Origin: Candidatus Baldrarchaeum yapensis
Lineage (GTDB): Archaea > Asgardarchaeota > Baldrarchaeia > Baldrarchaeales > Baldrarchaeaceae
Assembly: GCA_016840465.1 (NCBI GenBank)
Contig: JAEOSH010000072.1
Span: 1-9,236 of the forward strand
Reading direction: 5' to 3'
DNA: 9,236 nt
Numbering within the stretch: the first letter of the stretch is position 1; every line of letters begins with the position of its first letter. The notes beneath the pieces were generated by a model. That model had not been told where the DNA came from. It was given only the letters and a program-made list of their open reading frames with translations, and searched no databases. Positions 6,432-9,236 of this stretch are shown in pieces. The position numbers were made by a program, and so were the translations under genes.

Positions 6432-7526
6432 ATGGTTGTCGTTGCGAAGATCGGCGGATCCCTACTCACGTCCGCGCATGACTACATGAAGGTCGTGGAG
6501 AAGATAAAGGAACTCGCTCGGGAAGATGACGTCATCGTAGTGGTTTCCGCAATGAAGGGCGTCACCTCCAAACTAATTGAAACCCTATCATCTGAAAACC
6601 CCGAGAGGGAACTACGTGAGATATTCGCGAAGCACATCTCCATTTTGGAGGCAGTGTCTCCATCGCCGGAGAAGGGAATAAGAGAGATGAGCAAGCTCCT
6701 CGATGAGGCCCTGAACGGAATCAGGCGGTTCAAGGCGGGAATGATCGACGGAAAGGACATAGTGCTCTCCATGGGGGAAAGACTCTCGATAATAATACTG
6801 AGGGAGGCCCTCAGGCGGGAAAACATCAGGGGAGTATCACTGGAGGGGGGAATCGCCGGGATAATCACGGATGAAGAGTTCGGAAACGCGAAACCGATAA
6901 TGGATGAGTGCATGCGGACAATACCATCAGTACTGCTACCAATCCTCGGCGAGGAAACGGTGCCCGTGGTCGCAGGATTCACGGGAGTGACTAGAGACGG
7001 GAGGATAACAACCCTCGGAAGGGGAGGGTCGGATCTCACCGCATCCCTGATAGCATCCGTGCTGAGGGTCCGCCTACTCCTTCTATACACAGACGTGCCG
7101 GGAATCATGACAGGGGATCCCAGCACCGTAAACCACGCCAGAACGATACCCGCAGTTGGCTTAGAAGAGGCAGACGCCATGGCAAGACTGAGAGTCAAGA
7201 AGTTCCACCCACTGACGTTCATGCCGATCATGAGACTGAAGCCCCGGCGCATGGGCATCTTCATAGGAACCCTCGACGGCAGGGGAACAAGGGTCGTCAG
7301 AAGGCGGGTCCCCCCACCGATAAAAGTGGTATCTCCAAGAGGCGGGGAAATTGTGGTCATCGGTCACGATCCCTCCTTTCTCCTCGACATCGTAAAGCCC
7401 GAGTGGAAAGTGTCCGTGGTCGCGACAGAGGAGCCCTACGCAATCGTCCGCCCGGAAAACGCAACTAGGAAGATGGAGGTCCTCGACGCAATCCACAGCG
7501 CAATCCTAAAAATGATCGGAGGGTGA
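6432..7526 (+). CDS. lysC: Aspartate kinase (364 aa, short C-terminal tail)
   Basis: Motifs VVAKIGGS, VVVVSAMKGVT, SMGERLS, PVVAGFTG, TTLGRGGSDLTA and YTDVPGIMTGDP. It lies between hom and asd. Confidence 0.93.
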   Translation: MVVVAKIGGSLLTSAHDYMKVVEKIKELAREDDVIVVVSAMKGVTSKLIETLSSENPERELREIFAKHISILEAVSPSPEKGIREMSKLLDEALNGIRRFKAGMIDGKDIVLSMGERLSIIILREALRRENIRGVSLEGGIAGIITDEEFGNAKPIMDECMRTIPSVLLPILGEETVPVVAGFTGVTRDGRITTLGRGGSDLTASLIASVLRVRLLLLYTDVPGIMTGDPSTVNHARTIPAVGLEEADAMARLRVKKFHPLTFMPIMRLKPRRMGIFIGTLDGRGTRVVRRRVPPPIKVVSPRGGEIVVIGHDPSFLLDIVKPEWKVSVVATEEPYAIVRPENATRKMEVLDAIHSAILKMIGG

Positions 7527-7530
7527 CCCG

Positions 7531-8595
7531 ATGGTTGAGAGAATCCCGGTCGCGGTAATGGGTGCCACAGGACTCGTGGGTCAGAGGTTCATACAGCTCC
7601 TCCACAGGCACCCGTGGTTCGAACTGGTATCAATAACTGCATCCGAGAGGAGGATCGGACAGAAGTACGGGGAAACCGTTCGGTGGATGTGGTCCGAAGA
7701 ACCTCCAGAGGAGGTCCAGGAAATGAAACTCTCGCCAACGAACTACGAGGGAGTCAGGGATGCAGAAATAGTCTTCTCCGCCCTGCCATCATCCGTAGCG
7801 AGAGAACTGGAACCGGAACTCGCAAAAAGGGGAAAAATAATCGTGTCGAACGCAAGCCCCTTTAGGATGGATGATGATGTCCCCCTCATAAACCCCGAAA
7901 TAAACCCCGACCACCTAAAACTCATCCCGATCCAGCGAGAGAAAAGAAACTGGAAGGGCTTCATCGCCAAAAACCCCAACTGCACCACCGCAATCCTGAC
8001 ACTCTCCCTGAAACCCCTCCTCGATAACTTCGGAATATCAAACGTCAGGGTCGCAACGATGCAGGCCGTCAGCGGCGCCGGATACGAGGGCGTCGTCTCA
8101 ATGGACATAATCGACAACATCATCCCCTTCATAAAAGAGGAGGAGGAAAAGGTGCACCGCGAAACCAAAAAGATCCTCGGAACCCTCACCAGCAACCGCG
8201 TGGAACCCCTGAACATAGGAGTCTCTGCATCCTGCCACAGGGTCCCCGTCCTCGAAGGACACCTCGAAGCAGTTTTCGTGGAACTCAAAGAAAAACCGGA
8301 AGACGTAAATGGGGTCGTAAAAGCTTTGTCCAACTTCAAGGGGAAGCCCCAAGAACTAAAACTCCCAACCGCTCCCGAAAAACCAATAGTCGTCCGAAGC
8401 GAACCTGACAGACCCCAACCCCGATTCGATAGAATGACTGGCGGCGGAATGAGCGTGGTCGTCGGAAGAATCAGGTGGAGCGAAATAGACCAAAACGAGA
8501 TAAAGTACATGGTCCTCGGAAGCAACACAATAAGGGGAGCCGCCGGAACCGCCGTGCTGATAGCAGAACTGCTAAGGGCGGAAAACATGATCTAA
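7531..8595 (+). CDS. asd: Aspartate-semialdehyde dehydrogenase (archaeal/eukaryotic type)
   Basis: Motifs MGATGLVGQRF, VSNAS, NPNCTT (catalytic Cys), QAVSGAG, CHRVPVLEGH and NTIRGAAG. The operon context with ask and hom favours ASD over the homologous malonyl-CoA reductase. Confidence 0.95.
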   Translation: MVERIPVAVMGATGLVGQRFIQLLHRHPWFELVSITASERRIGQKYGETVRWMWSEEPPEEVQEMKLSPTNYEGVRDAEIVFSALPSSVARELEPELAKRGKIIVSNASPFRMDDDVPLINPEINPDHLKLIPIQREKRNWKGFIAKNPNCTTAILTLSLKPLLDNFGISNVRVATMQAVSGAGYEGVVSMDIIDNIIPFIKEEEEKVHRETKKILGTLTSNRVEPLNIGVSASCHRVPVLEGHLEAVFVELKEKPEDVNGVVKALSNFKGKPQELKLPTAPEKPIVVRSEPDRPQPRFDRMTGGGMSVVVGRIRWSEIDQNEIKYMVLGSNTIRGAAGTAVLIAELLRAENMI

Positions 8596-8733
8596 ACCCA
8601 CATGGTGTAAGATAAAACTGGATCATCACCGACCAGTAAGTGTCATGACAACAAACCGCTACATACCCCAACAATTCGCCAAATCGAAAACAACCTCTCA
8701 GAAAAACTCACATGCGCTGCACATCATGCTAAG

Positions 8734-8741
8734 TTATAAAA
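8734..8741 (+). promoter_or_regulatory. Putative TATA box
   Basis: TTATAAAA upstream of the small ORF at 8789 and the retropepsin-like gene. Confidence 0.45.
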
Positions 8742-8788
8742 GATTAAGGGACAAAAATAGAGTAGATCTCGGAACATGGTGAACCTCT

Positions 8789-8929
8789 GTGACAAAGATC
8801 ATCCTGAAGCCGAGAAAAAGACTGGGTAGAATGCGCAGAGGCCCTAAACTTGGCAAAATAGTCCCAATAAAAGGTGCAGAAGATGCCGGTAAGAGTAAAA
8901 GTGAAACTGAAAAGCCCGAAAAGCAATAG
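8789..8929 (+). CDS. Possible small basic protein (46 aa)
   Basis: GTG start 6 nt after GGTGA (8778-8782). Sequence is MTKIILKPRKRLGRMRRGPKLGKIVPIKGAEDAGKSKSETEKPEKQ. It overlaps the next gene by 47 nt. Confidence 0.3.
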   Translation: MTKIILKPRKRLGRMRRGPKLGKIVPIKGAEDAGKSKSETEKPEKQ

Positions 8930-9060
8930 GACAATAACGGCACCAGCCCTCCTCAACACAGGCTTTACTACAGATGAACTGGATATCCACGTACCGAAAA
9001 ACGTAGCCGAAGACCTCGGACTGTGGCCTCCGCCAGAAAAATGCCTTGCGGAACTGTTAC
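8883..9060 (+). pseudogene. Archaeal retropepsin-like (clan AA aspartic protease-fold) gene, 5' part, interrupted; breakpoint approximate
   Basis: Manual translation gives MPVRVKVKLKSPKSNRTITAPALLNTGFTTDELDIHVPKNVAEDLGLWPPPEK. ALLNTGF matches the AL-x-D-T-G-F pattern with Asn in place of Asp. GGTG RBS at 8873-8876. The frame stays open to the window end, which is why the ORF track missed it. Confidence 0.7.
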
Positions 9061-9071
9061 GGGATAGTAAG

Positions 9072-9079
9072 CTTAAATA
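9072..9079 (+). promoter_or_regulatory. TATA-like box inside the element's left part
   Basis: (AAG)CTTAAATA, with an ATG at 9106, 27 nt after its end, a typical leaderless-start distance. Confidence 0.5.
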
Positions 9080-9121
9080 CGCATTTGGATATTTTGCTCA
9101 TTTTGATGAAAACTCCTCCAA

Positions 9122-9169
9122 GACCCGCCCCGTCCGTCGGGCCACGATGGTGGCCTATCGGGGCAGGTC
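9122..9169 (+). other. GC-rich stem-loop in the tnpB 3' remnant (possible omegaRNA/reRNA scaffold segment)
   Basis: GACC-c-GCCCCG pairs with CGGGGC-a-GGTC, enclosing the inner stem GGCCAC-GATG-GTGGCC. Confidence 0.55.
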
Positions 9170-9236
9170 GATGAAGTGTAAAAAATGCGGATCGGTATTG
9201 GATAGGGATGTCGTGGCCGTTCTGAACCTTCGGATG

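Larger units (their letters stand above)
9061..9236 (+). mobile_element. tnpB: Non-autonomous, internally deleted tnpB-derived element (IS200/IS605 or IS607 family), continuing beyond the window; left boundary approximate
   Basis: From 9111 it reads NSSKT(R)PV(R)RATMVAYRGRSMKCKKCGSVLDRDVVAVLNLRM. This matches the TnpB C-terminus (SxTCPxCG...CxxCG...DRDxxAxxN), with the first Cys pair mutated to Arg. Only ~50 nt of non-protease DNA precede it, so the rest of tnpB is gone. Confidence 0.8.

Noticed and set aside
6482-7360. 292-aa minus-strand ORF
   Set aside because: Antisense shadow of the aspartate kinase gene; Ser/Ile/Pro-rich with no motifs.
7743-8588. 281-aa minus-strand ORF
   Set aside because: Antisense shadow of asd; Ser/Phe-rich with no motifs.
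8641-8650. Perfect 10-bp palindrome TGTCATGACA
   Set aside because: Single short occurrence, expected by chance at about this frequency, and not positioned at a promoter.
8734-8959. Minus-strand ORFs of 69 and 71 aa with hydrophobic stretches
   Set aside because: They are antisense to the A-rich + strand ORFs, which have RBS and family motifs; the hydrophobicity follows from T-richness.
1-9236. CRISPR arrays, tRNA or rRNA genes
   Set aside because: No regularly spaced repeats or cloverleaf/rRNA signatures were seen in any intergenic region.

Overview
Archaeal DNA, probably from a thermophile of the TACK or Asgard groups; this is inferred from BRE/TATA promoters, GGTGA ribosome-binding sites and the gene families, and the taxon cannot be resolved further. 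All supported genes are on the + strand. In order: (1) a multiply disrupted NDP-forming acyl-CoA synthetase alpha-type (CoA-binding) pseudogene that runs directly into an N-terminally truncated short-chain dehydrogenase; (2) a ~523-aa regulator made of an unknown N-terminal region plus two tandem Lrp/AsnC-like units; (3) an uncharacterised three-gene membrane operon (68-aa pilin-like protein, 443-aa 2-TM protein, 158-aa multi-TM protein); (4) a hom-ask-asd aspartate-pathway operon with a perfect 23-bp inverted repeat upstream of its promoter; (5) a retropepsin-like gene, missed by the ORF track, interrupted by a heavily deleted tnpB-derived element. That element keeps a TATA box, the decayed zinc-ribbon/DRD end of tnpB and a strong hairpin, and runs off the window end. 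The best novelty candidates are the tnpB remnant (a possible stand-alone omegaRNA cassette) and the pilin-like membrane operon. All assignments are from motif reading only; no searches were run.
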